Shown here in pieces: positions 62,885 through 64,000 of a stretch of 64,000 nucleotides of DNA. The DNA comes from Leucoraja ocellata (lineage: Eukaryota). The stretch is from positions 2,232,001 through 2,296,000 of the forward strand of contig JAWMAR010000193.1 in the NCBI GenBank assembly GCA_036785375.1, in the 5' to 3' direction. How positions within the stretch are numbered: position 1 is the first letter of the stretch; every line of letters begins with the position of its first letter. The notes under the pieces are model-generated. The model was not told the origin of the DNA. It searched no databases and worked only from the letters and a program-made list of their open reading frames with translations. Position numbers and translations under genes: made by a program.

Positions 62885-63195
62885 TAGCACCGTGGTGAAG
62901 TTATTGCACTAGTTTCCAGTGACCCGAACTATTGCTCTGGTGGCATGAGTTTGAATTCCTACACCCCATGGTATCTGGGAATTTAAATTTGAGCAATTAA
63001 ATTTTGAATTAAAATTGCTAGTTTCAGTAATGGCCATACTAAATCTATTGAATTGTCATAAAGACACCAACAACCTCCAGGGAAGGATACCCCCCCATCT
63101 TTACCTGATTTAGCCACATGAGATTGACACTTAAATATCCAGTGAAATAGCTTACAGTAGGTTCAGAGACTTTTATGAATGGGCAATGACTGCTT
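62885..63195 (+). mobile_element. tRNA-derived SINE (second family)
   Basis: Head with a B-box-like gagtttgaattcc; reverse complement similarity to 20225-20520. Confidence 0.55.
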
Positions 63196-64000
63196 ACATT
63201 GATAGAGATACATGCACCCTGGAATGACCATATTAATAAAAGTTTCCAAACAAAGCAACAATTTCAAAATTAAATCATCTAGAATTGCTGTGTTCTTATG
63301 CATCTTCATTTTTGTACATATCGTTGGAAGCCAAAGGCCATCTGGCTTTTGATATATTGGAAACCCAGGCTTTATTGTCAAAAATATTTGCAAAGAGCAG
63401 CAATCTTTTTTTTTTAAAGCCTCCAAATGTTCTTTTTGATGAAGTGGGAATTAAGAGCAGAATCATTCAGTAAAGGGGCAAGGTGAATGAATGGTTAATG
63501 AGCATGCAAGTATTTCAGGTCAACATGCAAGTATTTCAGGATCATCAACTCGACCAGGCAGAAATAGACTTAAAATAACATGTATGAGAGGATTACCTAT
63601 TCAAGTGGTCAAACCTCGACCACTTTCAGCAACAATACCAAAGGGCTGCTGAAAGTCAATGTTAGCTGACTCTCACTCCTGTCGTGATTTGTAATTTTCT
63701 CCAAAGAATACCCAGGGGCCATATCTTCAGATTTGCACGGAAGTGGTTTGAACTTTACAAACCCATGGGGTTTGAGAATTACTGCAAACAATACCGAAGG
63801 AAAGGGAAAATTAAAGGTTCCTCTTAATGATCTTGTATTAGAGGCCTCTTTGGTGGTCTGAAAAAGAGGATTATAGGTTGTTCTTTCTCCAACTGCAATT
63901 TATGCAGCTGTTTCTCCTGCCTAAATTGATAGCAAATTCGACTCCTTTGTGAATGGTTTGTAAGCAGATATATGAAAAAAAGTTTTTATCTGTCATTTTT

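Noticed and set aside
63503-63540. Short direct duplication catgcaagtatttcagg x2 (similar cases at 9366-9397 and 18065-18110)
   Set aside because: These are ordinary local slippage duplications with no further structure.

Overview
This is repeat-rich eukaryotic intronic/intergenic DNA, almost certainly from a cartilaginous fish. The HE1/V-SINE and HER1/CR1 pair point to elasmobranchs, and skate or ray is my inference. I recognise no host protein-coding gene and no prokaryotic features (no operons, rRNA or CRISPR). Mobile elements dominate. There is a very young 5'-truncated L1-clade insertion with an intact RT ORF, A48 tail and 9-bp TSD, and a near full-length CR1 with an intact zinc-finger/esterase ORF1 and two nested insertions. 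The window also holds many CR1, Rex1/Babar and Penelope fragments, about eight HE1-type SINEs, and four PIF/Harbinger-like MITEs, one a ~550-bp fold-back. The most interesting signal is a dispersed set of 85-225 bp Penelope-derived insertions built around a minimal hammerhead ribozyme core (CTGAAGA-stem-GAAACGTH). Several have their own TSDs, and two are palindromes carrying the core on both strands. A few candidate exons and hairpins in unique sequence are flagged at low confidence. Repeat family names come from recalled motifs, not database searches, and boundaries of degraded copies are approximate.
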